A stretch of DNA of 64,000 nucleotides, from the NCBI GenBank assembly GCA_022844165.1, contig JALHMH010000007.1:75841-139840 (forward strand), given 5' to 3'. The translations under genes and the position numbers were made by a program. Positions 30,242-40,868 of this stretch are shown here, one piece after another (position 1 is the first letter of the stretch; each line of letters begins with the position of its first letter). The notes beneath the pieces were generated by a model. It did no database searches and was not told the origin of the DNA. It saw only the letters and a list, made by a program, of their open reading frames with translations. Origin of the DNA: Lysobacterales bacterium (GTDB taxonomy: Bacteria; Pseudomonadota; Gammaproteobacteria; Xanthomonadales; SZUA-5).

Positions 30242-30499
30242 ATGCGTACTACACTCACCTTGGACGACGACCTGGCGTCGAGACTTGAGCTGCTTGCGCA
30301 GAAACGCGGCGTCAGTCTGAAACAGGTCGTGAATGAGACGATTCGCAAAGGCCTGCCGCGGCCGACCCGGCGCATCTTGGATTTGCCCTCATTCGACTGC
30401 GGTGGACCATTGCCGGGCATCAATCTGGACAAAGCCAACGAACTTAGCGGAATGCTGGAGGACGAAGCGATTCGCCAGAAGATGCTGGTTGGAAAATGA
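30242..30499 (+). CDS. VapB-type (RHH) antitoxin
   Basis: MRTTLTLDDDLA..SLKQVVNETIRKGL; ATGA overlap with the PIN gene. Confidence 0.8.
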   Translation: MRTTLTLDDDLASRLELLAQKRGVSLKQVVNETIRKGLPRPTRRILDLPSFDCGGPLPGINLDKANELSGMLEDEAIRQKMLVGK

Positions 30500-30815
30500 T
30501 CGTCCTCGATACCAATGTGCTGTTGTATGCGGTGGACAAACGGTCCGGTCGGTACGAGCAAGTGCGCTCATGGATGCAGCGAATGCTCGATGGAGGCGAA
30601 ACTTTCGGCTTGCCGTGGATTTGCATTGTGGGTTTCGTTCGAATTTCGACGCTACCCAGCGTGCTCGCGCAGCCACTGACTGTAGAGCAATCGCCAAGAA
30701 CCTTACGACCGATGCGCATATCGCGGCCGTAGCGCTTGCCCACGGAGGGCGAGTTGCCAGTTTCGATCGCGACTTTTTGCGCTTTGAAGGTATCCAACTC
30801 ATCGTGCCGGAGTAA
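30496..30815 (+). pseudogene. vapC: VapC PIN toxin with internal deletion and frameshift
   Basis: MIVLDTNVLLYA..LPW..GFVRIST..PLTVEQ in one frame; NLTTDAHIAAVALAHG..ASFDRDFLRFEG in another; junction ~30690, intervening segment missing. Confidence 0.8.
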
Positions 30816-30818
30816 ACC

Positions 30819-32255
30819 ATGTCATTGCGCGACACCTACCCGTACTTCCTCGCCAATCGCGCCGTATACGCCAACACTGATCTTGAGGTCACCGACAAAT
30901 ACACCGGCGCGGTCGCGACGCGGGTTGCGCAGGCAGACAGCAAGGCGATTCTCGAAGGCATTGCTGCCGCCGTAGCTGCACAAAAAGCGCTCGCGGACTT
31001 TCGCCCGTATCAACGCAAAGCGGTACTCGAACATTGCGTCAGGCGCTTCAAGGAGCGCTTCGACGAAATGGCGATGGCACTGTGCATCGAAGCCGGCAAG
31101 CCGATCAAGGATTCGCGCGGCGAAGTGTCGCGTTTGATCGATACCTTTCAGGTTGGCGCCGAAGAAGCCGTGCGCATCGATGGCGAGGTCATGAACCTCG
31201 AAATTTCGGCGCGCGCGCGTGGCTATCGGGGCTTCTGGAAGCGCGTGCCGATCGGACCGTGCTCGCTGATTTCGCCGTTCAATTTCCCGCTGAATCTGGC
31301 GGCACACAAGATCGCGCCAGCGATCGCCGCCGGCTGCCCGTGGGTCATGAAACCCGCAAGCCGCACGCCGATTGGTGCGCTGATCATCGGCGAGGTGCTG
31401 GCCGAGACCGATCTTCCGATCGGGGCGTTTTCGATTCTGCCCTGCCACCGCGATGGCGCGGATTTGTTTACGGTCGACGAGCGCTTCAAACTGCTGTCGT
31501 TTACCGGATCACCCGGCGTTGGCTGGGATTTGAAGGCGCGCGCTGGCAAGAAGAAAGTCGTCCTTGAACTCGGTGGCAACGCTGCGTGCGTGGTCGACGA
31601 AGACCAGGGCCATCGCCTCGATCACATCGCCGAACGACTGGTGTTTGGCGCTTATTATCAATCCGGCCAGAGCTGCATCAGCGTGCAGCGCATCTTGATC
31701 CACCGCTCGTTGTACGCGCCGCTGCGCGAGAAACTCATCGAGCGCGTGAGCGCCCTCGTGCACGGCGATCCAAAAAACGAAGACACGTTCATCGGCCCTA
31801 TGATCTCCGAGAGCGAGGCCAAACGCCTGCACGGCTGGGTACAGGCCGCAAAGGCTGCGGGCGCCACGATTCTGTGCGGCGGCGAACGCAACGGCGCGAT
31901 GCTGCAGGCAGCGCTGATTGAAGGCGCGAATCCCAAGATGGACGTCAGTTGCCAGGAAGCCTTTGGCCCCGTGGCGATGATCGAGCCGTTCGACGACTTC
32001 GACCATGCGCTGGAACGCGTCGACGACTCGATGTTCGGTCTGCAAGCCGGCATCTTTACCGACTCGATGAGCCGCTCGATGAGGGCCTGGGACACGCTCG
32101 ACGTCGGCGGCGTGGTGATCGGCGATGTACCGTCGTGGCGCGTCGACAACATGCCATACGGCGGCGTCAAAGACTCCGGCTTGGGGCGTGAAGGGGTGCG
32201 TTATGCGATCGAGGACATGACCGAGATTCGCCTGATGGTGGTGCGCGATCCGTGA
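30819..32255 (+). CDS. Aldehyde dehydrogenase
   Basis: ISPFNFP, FTGS, LELGGN, SGQSCIS, EAFGP, MPYGGVKDSGLGREG. Confidence 0.94.
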   Translation: MSLRDTYPYFLANRAVYANTDLEVTDKYTGAVATRVAQADSKAILEGIAAAVAAQKALADFRPYQRKAVLEHCVRRFKERFDEMAMALCIEAGKPIKDSRGEVSRLIDTFQVGAEEAVRIDGEVMNLEISARARGYRGFWKRVPIGPCSLISPFNFPLNLAAHKIAPAIAAGCPWVMKPASRTPIGALIIGEVLAETDLPIGAFSILPCHRDGADLFTVDERFKLLSFTGSPGVGWDLKARAGKKKVVLELGGNAACVVDEDQGHRLDHIAERLVFGAYYQSGQSCISVQRILIHRSLYAPLREKLIERVSALVHGDPKNEDTFIGPMISESEAKRLHGWVQAAKAAGATILCGGERNGAMLQAALIEGANPKMDVSCQEAFGPVAMIEPFDDFDHALERVDDSMFGLQAGIFTDSMSRSMRAWDTLDVGGVVIGDVPSWRVDNMPYGGVKDSGLGREGVRYAIEDMTEIRLMVVRDP

Positions 32256-32288
32256 TTTGCGACTCGCGCCAAGCGCGAGAGCGCCACG

Positions 32289-32771
32289 TCAGAGCCGCTG
32301 CAAACCTTCCATGATCAAACGCACCGCGTCGCGCCGGAGTTCGGCGCGAATGGTGTCTTCTTCCTGGGCCGCACCGATGGCTTGTTGCTCGTCGAAGCTG
32401 TAGATGCGCGAGAGCGCGATCGGCGTGTCGGGAATCAAGGTCGTGCCGTCGGCCGCGAGCACGGTATAGACGACCCGATAGTGCAACTCGTATTCGCCAA
32501 CCTTGGCGCGGTCGTCGAGCGTGATGATGTTGCGCTCGTTTTGTTCTGACACGATCTTAAGTGTGCTGCCGCCGCTGCCAAGCCGGGCGCCAGCGCTGGT
32601 CAGGTCGTTTTCAATGGCGATGACCAGTGGAGAGGCCGAATCGCCTGCAATCGCAACCGTGCCCAGTGCAGCAGGCAGCGGCACGGCCTGGCGCAAAGTG
32701 AAACCGCAACCGCCGGACACCAGAGCGGCGGCAAGTACGACAGCGAAGCGTGGGCTCATGCGCATATTCAA
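32289..32771 (-). CDS. lptE: LPS assembly lipoprotein LptE
   Basis: Lipobox [10 protein letters not shown]; directly after leuS; start uncertain by a few codons. Confidence 0.85.
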   Translation of the reverse strand: MNMRMSPRFAVVLAAALVSGGCGFTLRQAVPLPAALGTVAIAGDSASPLVIAIENDLTSAGARLGSGGSTLKIVSEQNERNIITLDDRAKVGEYELHYRVVYTVLAADGTTLIPDTPIALSRIYSFDEQQAIGAAQEEDTIRAELRRDAVRLIMEGLQRL

Positions 32772-35344
32772 TCGCTGACAACAATGTTGACGAGTTTATC
32801 CGGCACGACGATGAATTTGCGTACGGTTTTGCCGTCCGTGAACCTCACGACATCGCTATCGGCGAATGCCAACGGCCGCAACACATCTTCGCCACTGCCC
32901 GGCGCGACTTCGATGCGCCCGCGCAATTTGCCGTTGACCTGCACCACCACGGTCACCAGGTCGCGCACCAGCGCGGCAGGATCGGCAACTGGAAAGGCTT
33001 TGGATTCCAGCAACTCCTCCGGGTGTCCCAAGCGTTGCCAGAGCGCGTGAGACAAGTGCGGCGTGATCGGATTGAGCATCAACGCAATTGCTTCCCACGC
33101 TTCCTTCAGCACGCTCCGTGAGGCCGGACCGGCGGGCACAAACTTGCTGATCGCATTGCTCAACTCCATCACCTTCGCGATAGCCGTGTTAAAGGTATAG
33201 CGCGCGCCGATGTCGCGGTTCACGCCGTCGATGGTCTGGTGCAACTTCGCGCGTAAGGCCTTGTCCTCGGCCTGCAAAGCAGCGACGTCGAGCGCTGGCG
33301 CTGCACCGCCGGCCACAAACTCGCCCGCCATCCGCCAAATGCGGCGCAGAAATCGCGCCATGCCTTCGACACCAGCCTGACTCCATTCCAGTTGCTGATC
33401 GGGCGGCGCGGCGAACATCGAAAACAGGCGCACGGTGTCAGCGCCGTACTCGTCGATCAGCGCTTGCGGGTCGACACCGTTGTTTTTGCTCTTGCTCATT
33501 TTTTCGACTGCGCCTATCGCCACCGGCGCGCCATCGATCTTGGCTTTGGCTCCCGCCATTCGACCATGCGCATCGCGCTCAACATCGACCTCGGCAGGAT
33601 TGAAGTATTGCTTCTTGCCGTCGACCTCGCGGTAGAACGTCTCTGCGACCACCATGCCCTGGCACAACAAATTGATCGCCGGCTCATCTGAGGTGACGTA
33701 GCCGCAATCGCGCATCACTTTGTGCCAGAACCGGAAGTACAGCAAGTGCATGACCGCATGCTCGATGCCACCGATGTAAAGATCGATCGGCAGCCAGTAG
33801 TTGGCACGCTGATCGAGCATCGTGTGCGCGCCGGGGCAGGTGTAACGCGCGTAGTACCAACTCGATTGCACGAAGGTGTCGAAGGTGTCGGTTTCGCGCC
33901 GCGCCGGAGCACCATCGATCGGATCGACAGTCTCGTAAAACGAAGGCATCGACTTGATCGGCGATGCGACACCATCGAAGCGCACATCCTCCGGCAATAC
34001 CACCGGCAGCAGATCGCCCGGCACCGGCACTGCATCGCCGTTGTCGCGATAGATCATCGGAATGGGCGCGCCCCAATAGCGCTGGCGCGACACGCCCCAA
34101 TCGCGCAGGCGGAAATTGACCTTGCGCTTGCCGCGGCCCTCGTGTTCCAGCTTCAGTGCAAGTGTGTCGAAGGCATCGTGGTAGCTCTTGCCATCAAGCA
34201 AGGGACCAGAGTTGATGCAGATACCTTTGTCGGTCGTCGCCGCGTTGTCCATCGATTTGCCGCTGTCGATGACGATGCGAATCGGCAAACCGTACTTGCC
34301 GGCGAATTCGTAGTCGCGCTGATCGTGTCCGGGCACTGCCATCACTGCTCCGGTACCGTATCCCATCAGCACGAAATTGGCAGCGTACACCGGCAGCCGT
34401 TCGCCGCTGATCGGATGGATTGCGTCGATGCCGAGCGGCACCCCTTTTTTCTCCATCGTTTCAACCGCGGCCTCTGCGACTGCCGCATGCCGGCACTGCT
34501 CGATGAATGCCGCCAGTTCGGCATTCTGCACTGCCGCTTTGTGCGCCAGCGGATGCTCGGCAGCGACGGAGATGAAGGTCACGCCCATCAATGTATCCGG
34601 ACGCGTGGTGTACACCGTCAGCGGCGCTTCGCCGTCCACCGCGAAGTCGATTTCCAAACCTTCGGAGCGTCCGATCCAGTTGCGCTGCATGGTCTTGACC
34701 GAATCCGGCCAACCGTTCATCTCATCGAGATTGCCAAGCAACTCATCGGCGTAATCGGTGATCTTGAAAAACCACTGCGGGATTTCGCGGCGCTCGACGA
34801 TGGCACCGGAGCGCCAGCCGCGGCCATTCTCGACCTGCTCATTGGCCAGCACTGTCTGGTCGACCGGATCCCAATTGACCACCGAGTTTTTGCGGTAGAC
34901 CAGACCCTTCGCGAACAACTCCGTGAAAAAACGCTGCTCGTGCTGGTAATACTCGGGCTTGCACGTGGTCACTTCTCGCGACCAGTCGTACGCAAAGCCC
35001 AAGGCCTGCAATTGCCGCTTCATATTGGCGATGTTGGCGTAGGTCCATTGTGCTGGCGGAACGCCGCGCGAGATCGCCGCGTTTTCTGCCGGCAAACCGA
35101 ATGCGTCCCAGCCCATCGGTTGCAACACGTTCTTGCCTTTCATGCGCTGGTAGCGCGAAACCACATCACCGATGGTGTAGTTGCGGACATGACCCATATG
35201 CAGCGCACCGGACGGGTACGGCAGCATGCAAAGGCAATAGAACTTCTCTCGCGAAGGATCTTCTACGACTTCAAAGGCGCGTGTTCGCGCCCAGAAGTCC
35301 TGGGCACCGGCCTCGATCGATCGGGCGTCGTACTGCTCTTGCAT
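32768..35344 (-). CDS. leuS: Leucine--tRNA ligase
   Basis: [16 protein letters not shown], editing domain TTRPDT. Confidence 0.98.
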   Translation of the reverse strand: MQEQYDARSIEAGAQDFWARTRAFEVVEDPSREKFYCLCMLPYPSGALHMGHVRNYTIGDVVSRYQRMKGKNVLQPMGWDAFGLPAENAAISRGVPPAQWTYANIANMKRQLQALGFAYDWSREVTTCKPEYYQHEQRFFTELFAKGLVYRKNSVVNWDPVDQTVLANEQVENGRGWRSGAIVERREIPQWFFKITDYADELLGNLDEMNGWPDSVKTMQRNWIGRSEGLEIDFAVDGEAPLTVYTTRPDTLMGVTFISVAAEHPLAHKAAVQNAELAAFIEQCRHAAVAEAAVETMEKKGVPLGIDAIHPISGERLPVYAANFVLMGYGTGAVMAVPGHDQRDYEFAGKYGLPIRIVIDSGKSMDNAATTDKGICINSGPLLDGKSYHDAFDTLALKLEHEGRGKRKVNFRLRDWGVSRQRYWGAPIPMIYRDNGDAVPVPGDLLPVVLPEDVRFDGVASPIKSMPSFYETVDPIDGAPARRETDTFDTFVQSSWYYARYTCPGAHTMLDQRANYWLPIDLYIGGIEHAVMHLLYFRFWHKVMRDCGYVTSDEPAINLLCQGMVVAETFYREVDGKKQYFNPAEVDVERDAHGRMAGAKAKIDGAPVAIGAVEKMSKSKNNGVDPQALIDEYGADTVRLFSMFAAPPDQQLEWSQAGVEGMARFLRRIWRMAGEFVAGGAAPALDVAALQAEDKALRAKLHQTIDGVNRDIGARYTFNTAIAKVMELSNAISKFVPAGPASRSVLKEAWEAIALMLNPITPHLSHALWQRLGHPEELLESKAFPVADPAALVRDLVTVVVQVNGKLRGRIEVAPGSGEDVLRPLAFADSDVVRFTDGKTVRKFIVVPDKLVNIVVSD

Positions 35345-35441
35345 GGCGGATCACAACACTGAAGCGGGCGTCGAAGGCTACCTGCTCACGTTAGTGCAGG
35401 AAACCCGTACGCCAAAATCCGTTCGACCAGCAAACCTGGTC

Positions 35442-36488
35442 TTAGGACTTTTGCCTGCCCGATTCCGTACGCCACAAGGAAAACAGTACGCCACCGACCA
35501 GGAGCGAAACTGTGACCGTCAAACTGATCACTGCTGGCACCTTGCCACCGAGCAGAAAGTGACCAACAAAGATCTTGGCGCCGATGAAGATCAGGATGAT
35601 CGCCAGCGCATACTTCAAATAATGGAATCGATGCACCATCGCCGACAACGTGAAATACAGCGTGCGCAAACCGAGAATCGCAAAAATATTGGATGTGTAG
35701 ACGATGAACGGATCCGAGGTGATGGCAAAAATAGCCGGCACCGAGTCGATCGCAAATACGAGATCAGCGATCTCGACCAGCACCAGACACAAGAATAACG
35801 GCGTTGCGAACAAAACGAGCTGACCGGTGCCTTTGCGGTCGGGAAGGCGCACGAAGAATCGCTCGCCATGGAGTTGATCGGTGACCCTCAAATGGGTGCG
35901 CATGAACCGCAGGAGCTTATTGTTGGCGATGTCAGGTGCTTCATCGCCCATGCGTAACATCTTGACGCCGGTATAAATCAAGATCACGGCAAAGAAGTAC
36001 ATGATCCAGGAGAATTTCAACACCAGCGCAGCGCCAATGCCGATCATCAACGCGCGCAATACAATGACGCCGAGGATGCCCCAGAACAACACTCGGTGCT
36101 GATAGATGCGCGGTACGGCGAAGTACGACAGGATCATCGAAATGATGAACACGTTGTCCATCGCCAAAGCCATTTCAAGCAGGAAACCGGTGAGATAGAG
36201 CTGCACTGCGCCCATCGCTCGCGCCTCTGGCGTCGCCGCTTTGGCAAGTTGCTCGTCCATCAAACCCGCGGAATCTTGCTGCAAGTAAATGAAGTACACG
36301 GCCACGGCCCACCCGAGGCCCAGGCTCAAATACATCGCGGACATCCACAGGCTTTCGCGAGTGCCGATTTCGTGCGCCTCGCGGTGTAAAACACCCAGAT
36401 CGAAAACCAGAATCGCCAAAACCACAGCGACAAAGGTCAGCCAGAGCCACAATGGCATTCCGAGCCAGATCGCTGTCAACCACTCCAT
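35442..36488 (-). CDS. TerC/Alx-family membrane protein
   Basis: LAMDNVFI, QHRVLFWGILG..LR, E.ADLVFAIDSVPA, SNIFAILGLR; start MEWLTA. Confidence 0.92.
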   Translation of the reverse strand: MEWLTAIWLGMPLWLWLTFVAVVLAILVFDLGVLHREAHEIGTRESLWMSAMYLSLGLGWAVAVYFIYLQQDSAGLMDEQLAKAATPEARAMGAVQLYLTGFLLEMALAMDNVFIISMILSYFAVPRIYQHRVLFWGILGVIVLRALMIGIGAALVLKFSWIMYFFAVILIYTGVKMLRMGDEAPDIANNKLLRFMRTHLRVTDQLHGERFFVRLPDRKGTGQLVLFATPLFLCLVLVEIADLVFAIDSVPAIFAITSDPFIVYTSNIFAILGLRTLYFTLSAMVHRFHYLKYALAIILIFIGAKIFVGHFLLGGKVPAVISLTVTVSLLVGGVLFSLWRTESGRQKS

Positions 36489-36564
36489 ACGAAGAATCCC
36501 TAGCGCAATGTTCCGATCAGCCAGGGCATCGATATCGCCAGCACGTGGCCACTGCGCCGCCCCT

Positions 36565-36637
36565 CCTGCTATCGACTCCGACATCGCAACGTGTTGCACG
36601 TTGCCAGAGGGGCCCGCAGTCGATCCGCCAAATTATG
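36565..36637 (-). promoter_or_regulatory. Structured leader of the TerC gene (candidate terC-motif cis-regulatory RNA) with extended -10 box
   Basis: TGcCATAAT, then outer stem ATCGACT/AGTCGAT enclosing CGGGCCCC and the perfect hairpin GCAACGTG-CAA-CACGTTGC-GATGTCGG. Confidence 0.5.
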
Positions 36638-36738
36638 GCACTTGTGGGGCGCAGTTGCGAGACAGGCACAATTAGTCGACACGATGATCGAGCGCGGTGC
36701 GCTAAACTTCGGCAATCCGCCGATCGACTCTCCCTGAC

Positions 36739-37626
36739 GTGAGTAAAGACGCTTCACATACCGACCGCGCCACGGTCATTGCTGCCCATGAGGCAGAAAC
36801 GCCGATGCCCCGACCGCCAAGCCTGATCGTCGTCAGTGGCGTTTTTTTGGGACATCAGATGGATTTGGGCGCCGACCCGGTGGTCATCGGACGCGCCACA
36901 GAAGCCGACCTGAGCCTGCCGCATCCCAGTGTGTCGCGCAGCCATTGCCGCATCTGGCGCCACGGCGAGTCGTACTTTATTGAAGACCTGGGCGCAACCA
37001 ACAAGACCTACTTGAATGGCCGTGTGATCGACCGCGCCGAGCTGCGCGACGGCGACCAGATCGGCATCGGCAATCACGCGCTCAAGTTTTTCTCAGGCAA
37101 TAGCCCGGAAGCAAGTTATCACCAGGAATTGATCGAACTGGCAGTGCACGACAGCTTGACCGGCTTTTACAATCGCCGCCATTTCCGCACACTCCTGGAA
37201 GAGGACGTTGAGCGCGCGCGCGCGGGCGAACCCCTGTCGATGATCATCATCGACCTGGATCACTTCAAGCATGTCAATGACAGTTTCGGTCATCTGGTGG
37301 GCGATCAGGTTTTAGCCAGCGTCTCTCAGTTGATTCGCGAGTTGTCGCCACAAACGTATCGGCTGGGGCGCTTGGGCGGTGAGGAGTTCGCTGCTGCACT
37401 ACCGGGCGTTTCATTCGTCGCAGCAGTCGCTGTCGCGGAGTCGTTTCGTGCTGCGGTCGAAACTCACCATTTCGACATTCGCGGCCAACGCCACCCGATT
37501 ACCACCAGCCTGGGCGTCGCGCACTGGGCAAACACGATGTCGGGCAGCGCCGATTTGCTGCGTCTCGCCGATGAACGCCTTTACCGCGCAAAAGCGAATG
37601 GTCGCAACCGGGTCGAATCAAGCTGA
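36739..37626 (+). CDS. FHA-domain diguanylate cyclase
   Basis: FHA: IGR, SVSRSH, DLGATNKTYLNG; GGDEF: DSLTGFYNRR, DLDHFKHVND, RLGGEEF. Confidence 0.92.
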   Translation: MSKDASHTDRATVIAAHEAETPMPRPPSLIVVSGVFLGHQMDLGADPVVIGRATEADLSLPHPSVSRSHCRIWRHGESYFIEDLGATNKTYLNGRVIDRAELRDGDQIGIGNHALKFFSGNSPEASYHQELIELAVHDSLTGFYNRRHFRTLLEEDVERARAGEPLSMIIIDLDHFKHVNDSFGHLVGDQVLASVSQLIRELSPQTYRLGRLGGEEFAAALPGVSFVAAVAVAESFRAAVETHHFDIRGQRHPITTSLGVAHWANTMSGSADLLRLADERLYRAKANGRNRVESS

Positions 37627-37669
37627 GCTGCCGATCGAGCAGACCCTTTCCCGTCAGTCGCCGACACCG

Positions 37670-37700
37670 AAAAAAGAACCCCGGCCGAAGCCGGGGTTCT
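37670..37700 (-). terminator. Intrinsic terminator
   Basis: AGAACCCCGGC-TTCG-GCCGGGGTTCT then TTTTT on the minus strand. Confidence 0.85.
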
Positions 37701-37723
37701 GGTTCACAACGGTCCAACGAAGA

Positions 37724-40700
37724 TCAATCGCTGCGCAAGCTTACGGTGTCCACGCGGAACGTCGTTGGCAACGAACTGTCGGTCGACGCCACAAAACGCA
37801 CTCGCACATTGCGGCCCTTATATGCAGCAACGTTGTAGCTGCGCTGCACGTAGGTGCTGGCACTCGCGGTCCTGTTGACGTTCGATAGCGTGACCAGCGT
37901 CGTGATCACGGCGTTGGTGCCGGCGTCGACCAGCTGCACCTGCAAACGATCATAGACCGTGGAGGTTGTGGTCTCGCTGGTCACGATGGACGTATAGAAC
38001 GACAACGTCGCCTGGGTGCCACCGGTGGGAATCAACGTCGGCGCACTCTGTACCGTCTGGCCGGCGCTGTTGTTGACGCCCAAATAGGCGTACGTGCCGC
38101 CACTTTGCGCATTCGTTTGACCCGCCAGGAGCGTATTGAACGATGTCCCCGTGACAGCCGAACGCGCCCAGGATCCATCTGGCGCAGTGTTCGTACTGGC
38201 GGTGATCGAGTCGAACGTACCATTGACCAGTCGCTCGACAACCGTGCCGCCGCCACCGCCCGTGGTCCACGATGCCGTGATTGTGAAATTCACCGTGCCC
38301 GTCGCGTAGCCGTAAACCCGCGCAAAGTACGTTCCCGCGCTGGGGCTGGCGACCGTGCAGCTTTCGTTGCCGCTGCCGGTGTATGGACGGCAGTCGTAAG
38401 TGGTGAGCGTCGGCGCCGAACCAAAGCGCGTGTACAAATCGACATCGCCCGAGGCGCCGCTGGTGGCGATCACCAGATTGCTCGCACCGGACGGTACGGC
38501 GATCGTGTAATCGACGAAACTCGAGTTGGCCGACGTGGAGTTGGTTGAGCCGGCGACACCTACGCCGTTGCTGAGCGCGTTCCCGCCGCCCGTGTTCTGC
38601 GTACCAGTGAAGTTACGTCCCGTCAGGTTGGCGCCGCTGACGGTGGCCGACAGACTGGTCGGGCTAAAGGTGTAACCGGACAGCGAAGGTGTCAACGTGT
38701 ATGTACCATTGGCCAGGTTGGCGATGGTGTAGTCGCCGCTGCTGTTGGTCGTGGCGCTGGCCGCACCGGACGAAACCGTCACGCCTGAAATGCCTGCACC
38801 GCCGCTGGTTGCGACACGACCAGAAATACTGAACGTCGTGACCACCGCCGTGCCGGTGAAGTTCTGCGCGGTGACGTTGGCGCTGGTAATCGACACGCTG
38901 CGGCTGGTCGGACTAAACGTGAAACCACTGGCGCTCGGGGTGACAGTGTAATTTCCGGCCACGAGATTACCGATCGAGTAGTTGCCACTGCCGTCAGTGG
39001 TTGTGCTGGCAGAACCCGCAGACACCGTCACGCCACTGATGCCCGCACCGCCGCTCGTTGTGACTTGACCAGATATCGCATATGTCGTTGTGGTGCCGCC
39101 GCAACTCGGGAATTTGAAGTCGCGAATGCGCGTTGCCCAGGCACTGGCCGGCCGGTACATGCCCACCGTCCAGAACGTGCAGTCATCGGCTGGATCGACC
39201 ACGGTTTGATGGTAGTCGCCCCATCGACCCGAGGACTCGACAGCGGTACCGGTCGCGATTTCCGTTTCGCCCTGGCTCATGACGCCCAGGGTATCGGTCG
39301 CCAGCCGGCCGGTGTAACGCAGCGATGCGAACACGGTCGGCGTCGTCGTCTTGGTCACGTTGTAGCTCATGCCGATGTTGCCCTGGCGGTCTGTCGCCAA
39401 TGCGCCAATCAAATGGTGCGTGCTGCTGTCGCCTGGCGAGAAGGTACCTTCCTGGTGCAGGGTGAAGTTGCCGGTGCCGCCGGAGCGACGCAGTTCGAAC
39501 CAGCGAATGCCCGCGTCGACAACGGTGCCCGTGCGTGCACTGTTTTGGTTGGTCGCAAAATTGCCAACAACAGACTCGATGCCGCCACCCAGATTGCGAT
39601 ACACCATCGAATTCAAGATGACTTCGCGGATCGGGTCGAGGCGTGCTGTTGTGGAACTCGGTTGCGGCACGGAAGCGAAAGTCGAATAGTCGCGGAACCA
39701 GGAGTTGAACTCGGTGATCTGGATTTGCGGCGACGTGCTGATGTTGCTGTTCGCAGGCGTGTTCCAGTCCAGATTCAGCGCGAACATCTGGATGAAGTCG
39801 GCACTCAGGTTTGCGCCCGTGCCGGCGTGCGCTTCGTCGTCATAGTGGCGCGCCAGGATGATCGGCATGCCGGACGGTGGCGGATTGGTGCTGCTACCCA
39901 TGAAGGTTGCGGGCGTCAGCGCCTGAAAGCCATAGCCCGAGAGTTTGGCGACGCTCGTGAAACGTTGTGCGGGTCGTGCGGTAGCGCCGTTCAACATATT
40001 GGCGCGGTCGAACGCGTAGACCTTGGCGCCGGTACCACTTTCGTTGGTCGTGCACACATAGGCATTGTGCCACACCGAGCAATGTGGATAGTCGGGAAGC
40101 GCTGGCGTTGCAAAGCCATAGAACCACCAGCCGCCGGACACCGGATTGTCGGTCTTCGATACGTACACGCACAGGCGATTAGCGCTCGATGACCCGCCCA
40201 TTTCCAGCATGAACCAACGATTCGCCAGCCGGTCCCAATGAATGATCGGATCAGAGACAGAGGTTGCGCAGGGATCGCCCGCCGGGGCCAACGTACGGAA
40301 TGCCGTCGGGCCAGACAGCAGCGTTCCCGTTTTGTTGTACACGCGGAAACTGGTGCCGGACGACCCGTTGATGCCGTACAAAATGTAATTCGCGTTGACT
40401 TCGACCACGGGATCGCCCGGGCTCACGCCAGTGCTGCTGTTATCGATGCTGACGCGGGGCAGGCTGTTGATCACGCTGGGTGCGCGACTGTTGCCGTCGT
40501 ACCATGCTTGCGCTTCTGCAAGAAGATCAGGTGCTGTGACCCATTCGGGTGGTGTATGCGGATCACGCGCGTCGAGCGGATAGTATACGCGACGCTGCGC
40601 TTCCTTGACCGGGTCGCCGGGCTGCCATTCGGGCGTTGTCGGCAGATTTCGCAAATCGACGTCGATGCTGACGGGCGTCACCGGCTCGCCGATCTGCACG

Positions 40701-40801
40701 CCACCACTGCCGCCGCCGCCACCGCCAACCAGCTGCGCGTTCGCACTCAATGCGGTCAGCGCGAGAGCGGCAACAAGGCCCAATTGTCTGTTGAGTTTCA
40801 C
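37724..40801 (-). CDS. Large secreted protein: unknown N-terminal domain, two carboxypeptidase-regulatory-like repeats, PPC domain and C-terminal beta-sandwich
   Basis: Signal peptide from GTG 40801; two ISG.V.TSGGAGISGVTVS..GxYT.TPS.SG.TFSP repeats; PPC motif SGDVDLYTRFGSAPT..YDCRPY.GSGNESC. Confidence 0.8.
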   Translation of the reverse strand: MKLNRQLGLVAALALTALSANAQLVGGGGGGSGGVQIGEPVTPVSIDVDLRNLPTTPEWQPGDPVKEAQRRVYYPLDARDPHTPPEWVTAPDLLAEAQAWYDGNSRAPSVINSLPRVSIDNSSTGVSPGDPVVEVNANYILYGINGSSGTSFRVYNKTGTLLSGPTAFRTLAPAGDPCATSVSDPIIHWDRLANRWFMLEMGGSSSANRLCVYVSKTDNPVSGGWWFYGFATPALPDYPHCSVWHNAYVCTTNESGTGAKVYAFDRANMLNGATARPAQRFTSVAKLSGYGFQALTPATFMGSSTNPPPSGMPIILARHYDDEAHAGTGANLSADFIQMFALNLDWNTPANSNISTSPQIQITEFNSWFRDYSTFASVPQPSSTTARLDPIREVILNSMVYRNLGGGIESVVGNFATNQNSARTGTVVDAGIRWFELRRSGGTGNFTLHQEGTFSPGDSSTHHLIGALATDRQGNIGMSYNVTKTTTPTVFASLRYTGRLATDTLGVMSQGETEIATGTAVESSGRWGDYHQTVVDPADDCTFWTVGMYRPASAWATRIRDFKFPSCGGTTTTYAISGQVTTSGGAGISGVTVSAGSASTTTDGSGNYSIGNLVAGNYTVTPSASGFTFSPTSRSVSITSANVTAQNFTGTAVVTTFSISGRVATSGGAGISGVTVSSGAASATTNSSGDYTIANLANGTYTLTPSLSGYTFSPTSLSATVSGANLTGRNFTGTQNTGGGNALSNGVGVAGSTNSTSANSSFVDYTIAVPSGASNLVIATSGASGDVDLYTRFGSAPTLTTYDCRPYTGSGNESCTVASPSAGTYFARVYGYATGTVNFTITASWTTGGGGGTVVERLVNGTFDSITASTNTAPDGSWARSAVTGTSFNTLLAGQTNAQSGGTYAYLGVNNSAGQTVQSAPTLIPTGGTQATLSFYTSIVTSETTTSTVYDRLQVQLVDAGTNAVITTLVTLSNVNRTASASTYVQRSYNVAAYKGRNVRVRFVASTDSSLPTTFRVDTVSLRSD

Positions 40802-40868
40802 GTATCGATTCCCCAATCCAAAGAATGAACGAACACCGCTCAACCCCTCGAGCGGCGATCCCTGCGAG

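Noticed and set aside
36490-36640. yybP-ykoY Mn2+ riboswitch before TerC
   Set aside because: Its conserved GGGGAGUA/CAUAC-type core was not found; kept only as a different candidate leader.
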